From the NCBI GenBank assembly GCA_965233585.1, contig CBDDTI010000745.1, forward strand, positions 32,001 through 96,000: a stretch of 64,000 bases of DNA. The letters are read 5' to 3'. The notes under the pieces were generated by a model. That model searched no databases and was not told the DNA's origin. It saw only the letters and a list, made by a program, of their open reading frames with translations. Made by a program: the position numbers and the translations under genes. Below, one piece after another: positions 38,498 through 47,895 of the stretch (the first letter of the stretch is position 1; every line of letters begins with the position of its first letter). The DNA is from a bacterium (lineage in GTDB: Bacteria; SAR324; NAC60-12).

Positions 38498-40600
38498 ATG
38501 CCTCTTCAATATTCTGTTTCACAAATTGAGCAAAAGTTAAGAACTTATCTTTCTCAGCATTCTTCAGTAGAGGAACAGAAGTTATTGGGCTATGCTTTAG
38601 AAGACATCAAGCATCATCATAATAACTTCCGCAAAGATGGGTCTCCGTATTATTTGCACCCCATGAGGATTGCGTTGAAAGTCTGTGAATATGGATTTGA
38701 AGGCAGGGTTGTCATTGCCTCTCTTTTGCATGACTTGCTGGAAGACACGGCTGTTGATGAAAAGACGATGCGTGAGCGATACGGTGAATGGTATGTGCAA
38801 ACCGTAGATGGTTTAAGCAAGGTCAAAGCTCATCTGTCAGAAACACATCACAAACTGCTCTACACTTCTTTTAAGCATTCGTCTGCTGTCTTTTTCATCA
38901 AGCTCTTTGACCGTTGGGATAACTTGAAGGATATGAAGCTCATTAGAACAAGTAAAAGGAAGCGGATTGGCAAAGAATCGCTTTACGGCTATTTGCCAAT
39001 TATTCGTGGGTTGGGCTTGGAAACCATGTCATACGACTATGAGAAGGTTTGTTTTCGCTACATGTACCCCAAGACGTTTACTTATCTTGAGAAAAAACTT
39101 TTAACGTTAAGGCAAGAGCAAGCGACCCGAGTGTGGGAGTTGACCCAAGGTTTACAAAAATTGATGAACTCTGAAGGCATTGAAGGGAAAATCTTGATTC
39201 AATGGTTTCAGCCTTCAGATTTTTTAAGAGACCAAGAGACTTCTGAGACGTCTTTAAGGAAAGTAAAACGAGTGTTGAAAGGTTTGCGAATCATTGTAGG
39301 TTCTAAGAAGGAGTGCTATCAAGTTTTAGGCATGGTTCACTTGAATCATCAAGTGTCGCCAAGACAAGCAAGGGATTACATTGCTAACCCCCTTTATAAT
39401 GGTTATTGCAGATTGCAAACAGAAATCATTCATCATCTAAGTCCTGTCAGGATTGAAATTGCAGACTACCATTCTAACGAATTGAGTTGTAAGGGCATCA
39501 TTGCTTATTGGCAATCTAATCAAGATGCCTCTTGTTATCAAAATTATTTGGCTGAACTAGAATCTCTTTTGACTTCGGATACTAAACATTTTGATTTAAG
39601 AATTGCCGAGCTTTTTAAACAATCTCAACAAGGTCGTATTCAAGTGCTTGTCGGAGAAGAGGGTCAAAATGTCTCCTTACCTCAAAATGCAACGGTGCTG
39701 GATTTGGCATATTATGTTTCAACCGAATTAGGACATCACTGTGCAGGTGGTTTGTTGCAAAAATCTGGAGTGCAAGAGCGTGTCTCAAGGGGTTTTCATT
39801 TACAAGATGGGCATTGGATCAAAATTTTGCAAGATGAGACGTTGCTAGCCAATGAATCGTGGCGTGTGCATACCTCAACCCAATATGCCAAGTTGCTTTT
39901 AGAAAAGCGATTGGATCAACAAGCCTCATCAGAGGCAGAAAGGCTGGGGAAAAAATTATTTGATGCCTTTTTGAATAACAAGGGTAAATGTCCTGAAGAA
40001 GTGAGGCAAAGCCTGCAATTTCAAGAGATTTTAGAAGAGAAGGGTTGGGATCTTGGGAGTTTTTTTAGAAAGATTGGCAGAGGGAATCTGGGAGTTTCAA
40101 GATTTTTATACGAGCATCAAATTCTTATGAAAAGAAAAGTGTTTGTTCTGCCATTTCTAACCAATGCTGACCAAGAAACGGTGGCAATTAAAGATTTGGG
40201 GCTTTCTTTGCTTAACTTTGCCAAGTGTTGCCAAGTGTTGCCGAATGATGCTTGTTTGGGAGTCCGCTATCATGCTGCTGAAGAGTTGGAGATTCACCGC
40301 AGGAGTTGCAAAAAAATACCTGAATTTTCTGACGCTATTGCGATTAAATGGAGTCTTAAAGAAAGGCAACTTGAAGACAAAGAGATTATTTTGGTGCATT
40401 CTAAACGCCGTGAAAACTTGTATAAAATCTGGGATATTTTGGGAAATGTACAATGCCATTACTTCAAATCTTCTATGCTTTCTGATAAAGAAATGAAAAC
40501 GACCCTCCAAATTCAAAACATCTCGCAAACAGCACTCATCAATCTTTTGAAGAGATTTAGAAGAATGAGGTCAGTCAAACGTTTCTCAGTGTCTTGGTAA
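38498..40600 (+). CDS. Long RelA/SpoT homologue, likely (p)ppGpp hydrolase with degenerate synthetase domain
   Basis: RKDGSPYYLHP, LLHDLLEDT, IKLFDR.DN; TGS-like LPQNATVLDLAY; AKCC...IHR.SC zinc-finger domain. Confidence 0.85.
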   Translation: MPLQYSVSQIEQKLRTYLSQHSSVEEQKLLGYALEDIKHHHNNFRKDGSPYYLHPMRIALKVCEYGFEGRVVIASLLHDLLEDTAVDEKTMRERYGEWYVQTVDGLSKVKAHLSETHHKLLYTSFKHSSAVFFIKLFDRWDNLKDMKLIRTSKRKRIGKESLYGYLPIIRGLGLETMSYDYEKVCFRYMYPKTFTYLEKKLLTLRQEQATRVWELTQGLQKLMNSEGIEGKILIQWFQPSDFLRDQETSETSLRKVKRVLKGLRIIVGSKKECYQVLGMVHLNHQVSPRQARDYIANPLYNGYCRLQTEIIHHLSPVRIEIADYHSNELSCKGIIAYWQSNQDASCYQNYLAELESLLTSDTKHFDLRIAELFKQSQQGRIQVLVGEEGQNVSLPQNATVLDLAYYVSTELGHHCAGGLLQKSGVQERVSRGFHLQDGHWIKILQDETLLANESWRVHTSTQYAKLLLEKRLDQQASSEAERLGKKLFDAFLNNKGKCPEEVRQSLQFQEILEEKGWDLGSFFRKIGRGNLGVSRFLYEHQILMKRKVFVLPFLTNADQETVAIKDLGLSLLNFAKCCQVLPNDACLGVRYHAAEELEIHRRSCKKIPEFSDAIAIKWSLKERQLEDKEIILVHSKRRENLYKIWDILGNVQCHYFKSSMLSDKEMKTTLQIQNISQTALINLLKRFRRMRSVKRFSVSW

Positions 40601-40684
40601 CGTTGACCTAGAATTTTAGTGCATCAATGACACTTTTCTTGAATCTCATGCAAATCAGGCTTCTTTCAATCTACATTATGTGTC

Positions 40685-41143
40685 ATGCGTCAGATTAGGG
40701 TGATCACAGTTGGGAAACGTCAGTCTGATGATTTGCAAGTAGGAATTGACAATTATTTGGGAAGAATCAAACATTTTGCTGACATTGAGTTGGTCTATTT
40801 GAAGCATCAGTCTGGCAATCTCAAAAAGCGTCAAAAGCAAGAAACCGCTGCCATTTTAGAAAAGCTGAATGCCCAAGAAATCTGTTGTATTTTAGATGCA
40901 CATGCCCCACAAAAGACGTCAGAACAATTTGCCTCATGGATTCAAGACCAATTTTCAACCCATTCGTTGTGTTTTGTCATAGGTGGTGCGTATGGTCTTG
41001 ACCTGACCATGTTGCAACACCATCAACACCTCAGTTTGTCTTCAATGACTTTCACCCATCAAATGACCCGCCTGATTCTTGTAGAGCAGATTTATCGTGC
41101 TTTCCAGATCATTGAAGGCACGCCTTACCATCATTCAAACTAA
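40685..41143 (+). CDS. rlmH: 23S rRNA pseudouridine-1915 N3-methyltransferase
   Basis: FVIGGAYG, LSLS.MTF.HQ..R.IL.EQIYRA..I..G.PYH. Confidence 0.95.
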   Translation: MRQIRVITVGKRQSDDLQVGIDNYLGRIKHFADIELVYLKHQSGNLKKRQKQETAAILEKLNAQEICCILDAHAPQKTSEQFASWIQDQFSTHSLCFVIGGAYGLDLTMLQHHQHLSLSSMTFTHQMTRLILVEQIYRAFQIIEGTPYHHSN

Positions 41144-41144
41144 T

Positions 41145-42326
41145 ATGCGTTTTCTGCTCAAATTCTGTTTATTATTGACTCTTTTGACATTTTTAGGATA
41201 TTGGAGTTTTCTCAATCAACGTACGGTGGCACTCGGAGTGATAGGAGACCACACTTTACATCTGCCCCTTTGGTTGATTGTCATCTCTGGCTTTCTTTCA
41301 GGCTTCTTTTTGTGTTGGATTCTCAATGTTTGGAGAATGCCTTCCCGCTTCCTTCAAAACTGGAGGCAAAGGCAACTTGCCAAAAAATCTTTGCAAGAGT
41401 CAGATTTGTTGCAATCGTTAAGGCAAGCCTGTTTGTCTGGTGATGTGCGTACGGCAAAAAGAATTGGGTCAAGGTTTCACATTCAAAAATTGCCGCTGAT
41501 GTCTCGTACGTGGCTGCTTGACGTTCGCTTTGCCTTTGAACCTGCTCACAGCATCTTTGCAGAGTACAGAGCCTTGCGTCAGCAGTTTCCCAATCATTTG
41601 GAAGTGTTATTGCCTTATCAGCGGCTTGCTTTACAGCTCAAGGATTGGAGTTTAGCCAAAATTCTGGGGCGTGAGATTTTGGAAATTGAGCCGAAGCATC
41701 CGCAGGCTTTACAAGGTCTTGCTCAGGCGGCAAGGTCTTGTGGGAATTGGCACGAGGCAGAGTCTTGGTATCAGCAGTTGTTGGCACATTATCCTGATGG
41801 TGCATTGGCAGAGCTTGTGCGTCCTTTGTATGAAGATTGTTTGGAGAAGCTTTTGGAGCATTCTATTTTGCCAAATCGTCAAGAAGGGGTTCTGGTTCAA
41901 ACACCTTCCTTTTCCAAGATTCAAGCAAGACAGGAGTTAGCCAATCAAAATTTTTTAAAGGCGGCAAAAATTCTGCAAGAGGCATACTATCAAACCCTTT
42001 CGCCAAGTTTGTTGTCAGAGCTGGAGGAGGTGTTTTTTCAGTCAGGAGAACATCAGAAGATTCAAAAAATCCTTGAGACTATTTTCAAAAAATTGCCTTC
42101 TATTGCAACCAAACTCTCATCAGCAAGACTACTCTTTCGCCAAAAACAGCTTCATGCAGCTCAAGCTGTTTTGCATGAAGTCAAAGACCAGTATGCAAAC
42201 CTTGCCAAAGAATATTATGAACTTTGCTACAAGATTTCATTACATCTTGACGATTCACAAGGTGCGTTAGAGGCGGCAAATCATTTGTTGAACCCACCAC
42301 CTGCATTAACCTACCATGCTGTTTGA
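41145..42326 (+). CDS. LapA-like membrane anchor fused to TPR repeats
   Basis: FLNQRTV.L...LPLW two-TM N-terminus; TPR-like helices (EPKHPQALQGLA). Confidence 0.65.
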   Translation: MRFLLKFCLLLTLLTFLGYWSFLNQRTVALGVIGDHTLHLPLWLIVISGFLSGFFLCWILNVWRMPSRFLQNWRQRQLAKKSLQESDLLQSLRQACLSGDVRTAKRIGSRFHIQKLPLMSRTWLLDVRFAFEPAHSIFAEYRALRQQFPNHLEVLLPYQRLALQLKDWSLAKILGREILEIEPKHPQALQGLAQAARSCGNWHEAESWYQQLLAHYPDGALAELVRPLYEDCLEKLLEHSILPNRQEGVLVQTPSFSKIQARQELANQNFLKAAKILQEAYYQTLSPSLLSELEEVFFQSGEHQKIQKILETIFKKLPSIATKLSSARLLFRQKQLHAAQAVLHEVKDQYANLAKEYYELCYKISLHLDDSQGALEAANHLLNPPPALTYHAV

Positions 42327-42981
42327 TGAGGTCTGTCGTATCTTAAAAGAGTTTCAAATTAGCATCTCTCCACAGCAAAAAAAATCGTTACTTGCCTATC
42401 ATTCAACTCTTTTAGAATGGAACACGAAGGTCAATTTGATTTCTAGGAAGCATGAGTCATTATTTTGGGAGCAACACCTTTTGCATTCTTTATCACTTTT
42501 AGCATATTTCCCGATTGCTCAAGGTGCATCAGTTTGCGATTTTGGCACAGGTGGAGGTCTGCCCGGTCTTCCGATTGCCATCGTGCGTCCTGACTTGCAA
42601 ATGACTTTGTTGGACTCTATTCAAAAGAAAACAACAGTTTTAAAAGACATATTGCGAACACTGCATTTGCAGGGTCTTGGTTTGTTGAATGTTCAAGTGG
42701 CATCGGGTCGTGGGGAGGATTTGGGAAGGCAAAGTCAGTATGCTCGCAAATTTGATGTAATTTTGGCTCGCGCAGTGAGTTCCTTGAGCAACATAGAATT
42801 ATGGACAAGGCATTTACGCAAGCCTCATTCTACTATTTATGCTTACAAGGGGGGTGATTTAAGCCAAGAGATTCGTGAGTTGAGACAGCAAACCTCCCGC
42901 TTCAAAACCATTCAAGAACAATCTATTGAGTTTGCAATGTTTGCAGAAAGTGACAAAAAAATTGTGGCACTCCATTTTTAG
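42316..42981 (+). CDS. rsmG: 16S rRNA m7G527 methyltransferase
   Basis: WN.KVNLIS, H.L.SL, DFGTGGGLPGLP.AI, LLDS..KK, ARAV, YKG. Confidence 0.95.
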   Translation: MLFDEVCRILKEFQISISPQQKKSLLAYHSTLLEWNTKVNLISRKHESLFWEQHLLHSLSLLAYFPIAQGASVCDFGTGGGLPGLPIAIVRPDLQMTLLDSIQKKTTVLKDILRTLHLQGLGLLNVQVASGRGEDLGRQSQYARKFDVILARAVSSLSNIELWTRHLRKPHSTIYAYKGGDLSQEIRELRQQTSRFKTIQEQSIEFAMFAESDKKIVALHF

Positions 42982-42994
42982 CTCATTTTAGTCC

Positions 42995-43339
42995 ATGAAC
43001 AGCATCGTTTTAAGTCTTATTTTCTTTGGGGTGTTTGGTGCGATTTGGGGAAGTTTTTTAAATGTTTGCATAGACCGTTTGTTGCACCATTCAAAGAACA
43101 CTTCCAAACGTGCGATGCCTGAAGGCTGTAGGTCCTTGATGATTCCCACACGTTCTTTTTGCTTTGCCTGTGGCAAAACGCTTGCGTGGTATGACAATAT
43201 TCCGATTGTCTCTTATGTCATTTTGTCTGGCAGATGTCGTCATTGCCTTGTTCCGTATGGAGTTCGTTCTTTATGGACTGAATTATGTTGCCTCTGCTTT
43301 TTTGCCATTTTTGGAACGTTTTTGACCCAAAACTTTTAA
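42995..43339 (+). CDS. Prepilin peptidase N-terminal zinc-binding domain only
   Basis: GSFLNVCI.R, RSFC..C...L.WYDNIPIVSY..L.GRCR.C; ends before the peptidase domain. Confidence 0.85.
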   Translation: MNSIVLSLIFFGVFGAIWGSFLNVCIDRLLHHSKNTSKRAMPEGCRSLMIPTRSFCFACGKTLAWYDNIPIVSYVILSGRCRHCLVPYGVRSLWTELCCLCFFAIFGTFLTQNF

Positions 43340-43346
43340 CGCTGTT

Positions 43347-44330
43347 ATGACCAAAACAGTTCTCATTCAGGTTGCGAAATTCTCTTTAGTTGGTGGGATT
43401 CTCTATTATTTGTATGCTACCGATAGGTTGAATTTAGAAAAACTCTTACTTTTAGCCCAGTCGGGTTTTTTATTGGTGGCAATTCTTGGCACTTTTTTAT
43501 TTGTGCTTTTGCCCCTCAATACACTGCGTTGGAGTCTTTTGCTAAAAGGGCTGGGGGTCAAGATTCCCTTCAAATCTGCATTTTTGCTCACATGGACAGG
43601 GTTCTTTTTTAACACGATTCTACCCGGTGCTGTCAGTGGAGATGTCGTGAAAGGGTATTACTTGGACAAAATGAAGTTGGGCATGAGTAAAACAGAGCTT
43701 GTCGTGTCGCTGGTCATTGATCGTTTAGTGGGGCTTTTTGGGTTAATTTTTATTGGAATGATTGGCTTACTTTCTAACTTGGAATGGATTCAATCAGACG
43801 TTGCTTTGATGAAACTTGGGGCAATTTTGGTGTTTTTGTTTGCAGGCACTTTGACTTTTTATGCGGTGATTCTCATGCCTTCTTTGAGGAAAAATCGGCA
43901 TCGCAAAGTTGTCAAATATTTAACAATGTTGCCCATGCCTAAGTTTTTAAAAAAGGTCTATCTGGCTTTCAAAAAATACGAACATCACAAAAGCATCTTA
44001 CTTTACACATTACTGCTTTCTATTGGCATTCATCTCATCACGTCTTTAATCTTTATCTATCTTGCAAGGGAGATAGGAATTTTGATTCAGTTAAGCTCCC
44101 AAATGACTTTGATGCCTCTGGGACTGATTACTATTAGTCTTCCCATTGCCCCTGCTGGAATTGGGGTTGGGCATATTGCATTTGAGACACTTTATTCACT
44201 GGCAGGCAGTCGTGGCGGTGCAGATGTCTTTAACTTATTTGTGGCAACACAGGTCAGCATTTATCTTTTAGGATTCATTCCCTATCTTTTGCTCAGCCGT
44301 CTTTATCCTAAAAATCAAACAACACTATGA
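43347..44330 (+). CDS. Lysylphosphatidylglycerol synthase TM-region / flippase-like protein
   Basis: RW..LL, FFN.ILPG.V.GD.VK, DRL.GL, LPI.P.G.G. Confidence 0.88.
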   Translation: MTKTVLIQVAKFSLVGGILYYLYATDRLNLEKLLLLAQSGFLLVAILGTFLFVLLPLNTLRWSLLLKGLGVKIPFKSAFLLTWTGFFFNTILPGAVSGDVVKGYYLDKMKLGMSKTELVVSLVIDRLVGLFGLIFIGMIGLLSNLEWIQSDVALMKLGAILVFLFAGTLTFYAVILMPSLRKNRHRKVVKYLTMLPMPKFLKKVYLAFKKYEHHKSILLYTLLLSIGIHLITSLIFIYLAREIGILIQLSSQMTLMPLGLITISLPIAPAGIGVGHIAFETLYSLAGSRGGADVFNLFVATQVSIYLLGFIPYLLLSRLYPKNQTTL

Positions 44331-44788
44331 AACTTGGAACATTAACTTATTTGGAACACCAAAATCAAACGTTGCTCCTGCATCGTCAAAAAGATGACGA
44401 ACATCAAGGACTTTGGCTTGCACCCGGTGGCAAGGTAGAACCTCACGAGTCTCCTTACGAGGCTGCCATTCGTGAAGTACAAGAAGAAACAGGCTTGCAT
44501 GTGTTGTCTATGACATTAAAAGGCATTCTGACCTTTCCTGATGAACACGGCAAGTCTCCTTTTGGCGATTTATGGCATGTCTTTGTGTTTCATTCTTCAA
44601 AATTTAGGGGCAGGCTTCAATCTTCATCAGAAGGTCAAGTTTGTTGGATTGATCTTGACAAACTGGAGCAACTTCCTATGTGGGAGGGAGATTATCTTTT
44701 CACCAAAAAAGTTTTTGAAGAATCCCTGTTTTTTGGAAAGTTTCAATACGAAGGCACGACTTTGTTAGAACAACAATTTTGGAGTTGA
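44327..44788 (+). CDS. NUDIX hydrolase (MutT/MutX-like)
   Basis: GGKVE..ESP.EAA.REV.EETG; EG...W; LPMWEGD. Confidence 0.92.
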   Translation: MKLGTLTYLEHQNQTLLLHRQKDDEHQGLWLAPGGKVEPHESPYEAAIREVQEETGLHVLSMTLKGILTFPDEHGKSPFGDLWHVFVFHSSKFRGRLQSSSEGQVCWIDLDKLEQLPMWEGDYLFTKKVFEESLFFGKFQYEGTTLLEQQFWS

Positions 44789-44834
44789 TGGATTAATTAT
44801 TGATTGATGAATCGGTCTTCTTTTTCCAGATGAC

Positions 44835-45143
44835 TCAACACCCTGACTTTCCTTGTTCCTTCATCAAGGCATCTTGACGAATTTTCTGAATGGCTCGTTT
44901 GTAGTTACTTTCTGGGAAAATTTCTTGCTGTCTTGTGTCTTGCACACTTGATTCTTTTTCAATTTGCAGATGACATGTTGCACAAAGCGGAATCAAATTT
45001 TCTTCATGATTATTCTTGGGGTTGCCGTCTATGTGATGCGTTTGCAACAAATCGCTTGAGGCACACCTCGCACACTTCCACCCAAATTTTTCTCTGATGA
45101 GTTTAGAAATCGTGTCCCATTCAGGGTGATAGCGATGATCCAT
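44835..45143 (-). CDS. Small standalone HNH endonuclease
   Basis: C..C...HHID....NN...NL..LC..CH. Confidence 0.85.
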   Translation of the reverse strand: MDHRYHPEWDTISKLIREKFGWKCARCASSDLLQTHHIDGNPKNNHEENLIPLCATCHLQIEKESSVQDTRQQEIFPESNYKRAIQKIRQDALMKEQGKSGC

Positions 45144-45248
45144 AAGACACTTTTTATAAAAATTTTTAAGGAAGTCTTTCAGAATGGACTGATTCTAGCA
45201 TAAGGGGCTTTTAAAAGCTATTTCACAGAGAAAAATGGAGAAAATAAG

Positions 45249-46439
45249 ATGGCACAAGAAGACAAAGACTTAGACTTAGACTCATTGGATTTAGATGCTG
45301 ATTTTGATGGGTTGGGAGATGATGACTTTTCTCTTGATGATTCAGGAGACGATGCCCTTGCAGGAGAAGATTTTAACTTTGAAGACTCTGATGAGACTGG
45401 TTTCAGTGTTGATGACCTTGACTTTCAAGAAGCAACAGACTCTGATGATGAAGGCTTAGAACCAGAGCCTTTTGGTTTAGGAGAAGATTTGGAAGAAGAT
45501 TTAGGGTCTTTTGATGATGGGTTGTCGCTTGATGACTTGGAAAGTGGCGATATGGAAGACGTTGGTGCTGAACCAGAGCTTTCTGCACAAGACGAAATTG
45601 GAGATTTTGAAGATGACTTTGCTCTGAATGATGAGGAAGGTGTTGATGAGTTTTCAATGGATGCCGAATCTTCTATACAAGAAGATGAGTTTTCAATGGA
45701 GACAGAGCTTGATGCAAGTGTAGAAGATGAGTTTGTGTCTGACGATCAAGTGATGGAGCTTTCAGAGGAAGACCAAGAACCTTTGCAGTTTGATTTGGCA
45801 GGAGAAGCTGACGAATTAGAGCAAGGTATAGAAGTAGAAAGTTTAGAAGAATTGGGAGATTTGTCTTTAGCTGATGACGAATCAACGCTTCTTCTTTCAA
45901 ATGAAGAAGTTGCAGATGAGTTTTTGGAAGATAGTGAGTCGTTGGGTTTTCAAGATGAACCTTTGGAAGATAGTGAGTCGTTGGGTTTTCAAGATGAACC
46001 TTTGGAAGAAGACGTTTTTAGCGTCGTACAAGAAGGTGGTTTGTTAGACTTAGATAGTCCTTTTGAAGAAGTCAGTGCAAATGACCTTGACCTTGATGAC
46101 CTTTCTTTGATTCCTGAGGAACTAGATGAACCCGCTACCATTGACCCAACACCAGGCTTAGGGCTTGCAACTGCCGAAGTTGAAGAGCGGTCTGAACAAA
46201 AAATTGCCCCAGAACTTTTGATGAGTTTGGAACACGAGATTTCCATAGAAGTAGGCAAAGCCACCTTGAAAGGCAATGAGATTGCAGACCTTTCTTATGG
46301 AAGCGTCATTCTTTTAGACAAGGAGGCAGGAGATGCAGTAGATTTAACCTTGAACGGACAAGTTCTTGCTCATGGTGAAGTGGTCTTGATTAATAATGAC
46401 AGGCTTGGGGTGCGTGTCATCGGTTTAAACGCAGGGTAA
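45249..46439 (+). CDS. FliN/SpoA-domain protein with very long acidic N-terminus
   Basis: C-terminal ISIEVG...GSVILLDK..GD.VDL..NG...A.GEVV...LGVRV; ~310 aa D/E-rich region. Confidence 0.8.
   Translation: MAQEDKDLDLDSLDLDADFDGLGDDDFSLDDSGDDALAGEDFNFEDSDETGFSVDDLDFQEATDSDDEGLEPEPFGLGEDLEEDLGSFDDGLSLDDLESGDMEDVGAEPELSAQDEIGDFEDDFALNDEEGVDEFSMDAESSIQEDEFSMETELDASVEDEFVSDDQVMELSEEDQEPLQFDLAGEADELEQGIEVESLEELGDLSLADDESTLLLSNEEVADEFLEDSESLGFQDEPLEDSESLGFQDEPLEEDVFSVVQEGGLLDLDSPFEEVSANDLDLDDLSLIPEELDEPATIDPTPGLGLATAEVEERSEQKIAPELLMSLEHEISIEVGKATLKGNEIADLSYGSVILLDKEAGDAVDLTLNGQVLAHGEVVLINNDRLGVRVIGLNAG
45924..46009 (+). repeat. 39-bp coding tandem duplication (LEDSESLGFQDEP x2)
   Basis: TTGGAAGATAGTGAGTCGTTGGGTTTTCAAGATGAACCT twice in tandem. 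Confidence 0.9.
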
Positions 46440-46443
46440 ACCA

Positions 46444-47337
46444 ATGTTGTCCAATCAAAAATTTCAGTCCGTAGAGCCGTTCCAACTGGCACAATCCCAA
46501 ATCACTGTTGGCAAATTTCCAATCCTTGATGTCATCGCCAAACGTTGGGGACAGTTTGCTGAAAATACTGTTTATCAACAAACGGGGCTGGCATGTGATG
46601 TCTCTGCGTTTCCCGTAGCTCATCAAAGATTTGCAGATTATTTAGGAGACCATTCTGAACCAAGTCTGACTTATCTACTGGAATTGAACAACTCTGCTAA
46701 AGCCTTGTTTCACATAGAACATCAGCTCGTCAATGTTCTCAACTCCCATTCAAAAGTGTTGCGATTTGTCGGGTCGCTTCTGCTTGATTTTCAAAATTCG
46801 TGGTATGGCATCAGCACTCTTCACATCTCTGTTCAAAAGACGACCAAACGTGCAAAAATCATGTTGCCTTTTGAACACTGCTTGCGTTTCATTCTGGTCT
46901 TGGAGTTTGAGCATTCAAAAACTTTGATTGAATTTTGCTCACCTTATTCTGCCTTGGATTCTACTTTAAAATTAGACTCGTGCCGTTTATTACCCAGCTT
47001 GTCCATTCATCAAAAACAAAATGAACACCGTGCGAGGTTAGAACATCTTCTTGAAAACTGTCAGTACCCCATTCACGCAGAACTTGGATATGCTGTTTTG
47101 CCGAAAAAAGGCAACGCTTCCTATCTGAAAGTGGGAGACGTCTTGCCTGTTTATTCTGCAGTAGGAGACCAAGCGACTGTCAAGGTTGCTCAACAAGCAT
47201 CGTTTTCAGGCACTGTTGGAATGACTGAAAATCATTACTCTATTCGCTTGAATGCAAACTTCGTTGAAAAAGAACAAGAACATCGGACACGTCTCAAAAA
47301 ATTTGCCCCTGCTATTTGGCCCCAAGTTTCTGTTTGA
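46444..47337 (+). CDS. Divergent FliM-like protein
   Basis: FP.LDVI...W, F.DY, C.PY, AELG...LKVGDVL C-terminal SpoA-like domain; next to FliN-like gene. Confidence 0.65.
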   Translation: MLSNQKFQSVEPFQLAQSQITVGKFPILDVIAKRWGQFAENTVYQQTGLACDVSAFPVAHQRFADYLGDHSEPSLTYLLELNNSAKALFHIEHQLVNVLNSHSKVLRFVGSLLLDFQNSWYGISTLHISVQKTTKRAKIMLPFEHCLRFILVLEFEHSKTLIEFCSPYSALDSTLKLDSCRLLPSLSIHQKQNEHRARLEHLLENCQYPIHAELGYAVLPKKGNASYLKVGDVLPVYSAVGDQATVKVAQQASFSGTVGMTENHYSIRLNANFVEKEQEHRTRLKKFAPAIWPQVSV

Positions 47338-47393
47338 AAAAATTTCTCTCACATGAGAGAATGGAAGTTTTTGCTTAATTTTCCGAGTTCAAC

Positions 47394-47528
47394 ATGAAAC
47401 GCACTTATCAACCAAATAACCGTAGAAGAAAAAAGAAGCACGGATTCCGTGCGCGTATGGCAACACGTTTTGGAAGAGCCATTATTCGCCGCCGCCGTGC
47501 TAAAGGAAGAAAACGTCTGACAGTTTGA
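47394..47528 (+). CDS. rpmH: 50S ribosomal protein L34 (not in ORF track)
   Basis: Own translation [44 protein letters not shown]. Confidence 0.98.
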   Translation: MKRTYQPNNRRRKKKHGFRARMATRFGRAIIRRRRAKGRKRLTV

Positions 47529-47878
47529 TGCCCTCTTCCACATTCCCTAGATGTTTAAGACTGTCAGACAAGCAAGCCATTAGCCTGCTTTTTCAAAACG
47601 GGTCGTTTTTTCGTTTAGGTTGTTTTTCAGCCAAATGCCGTTTGACTCAACACCCTCACAGCCGTTTTTTAATCACAGCCAGCAAAGCATCGGGAAACTC
47701 TCCTCAGCGCAACCGCTTCAAAAGACTCATCAGGGAAGCTATCCGTTTGAATCAGCACCGTTTACAACAGAGCTACGATATTTGCGTCTTTATTAAAAAA
47801 AAGCCGACGTTTGCCTTGACGTTGCATTTTGTAGAGCGACAAATTTTATGGCTTTTTGACAAACTGAACGCTTTTTGA
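47528..47878 (+). CDS. rnpA: Ribonuclease P protein component
   Basis: RNRFKR.IREA.R motif; follows rpmH. Confidence 0.92.
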   Translation: MPSSTFPRCLRLSDKQAISLLFQNGSFFRLGCFSAKCRLTQHPHSRFLITASKASGNSPQRNRFKRLIREAIRLNQHRLQQSYDICVFIKKKPTFALTLHFVERQILWLFDKLNAF

Positions 47879-47895
47879 CTCTCTAAAAATCATCT

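Noticed and set aside
44835..45143. HNH protein as CRISPR effector or IscB
   Set aside because: Only 102 aa, no RuvC motifs, and 10 kb from the array among housekeeping genes.
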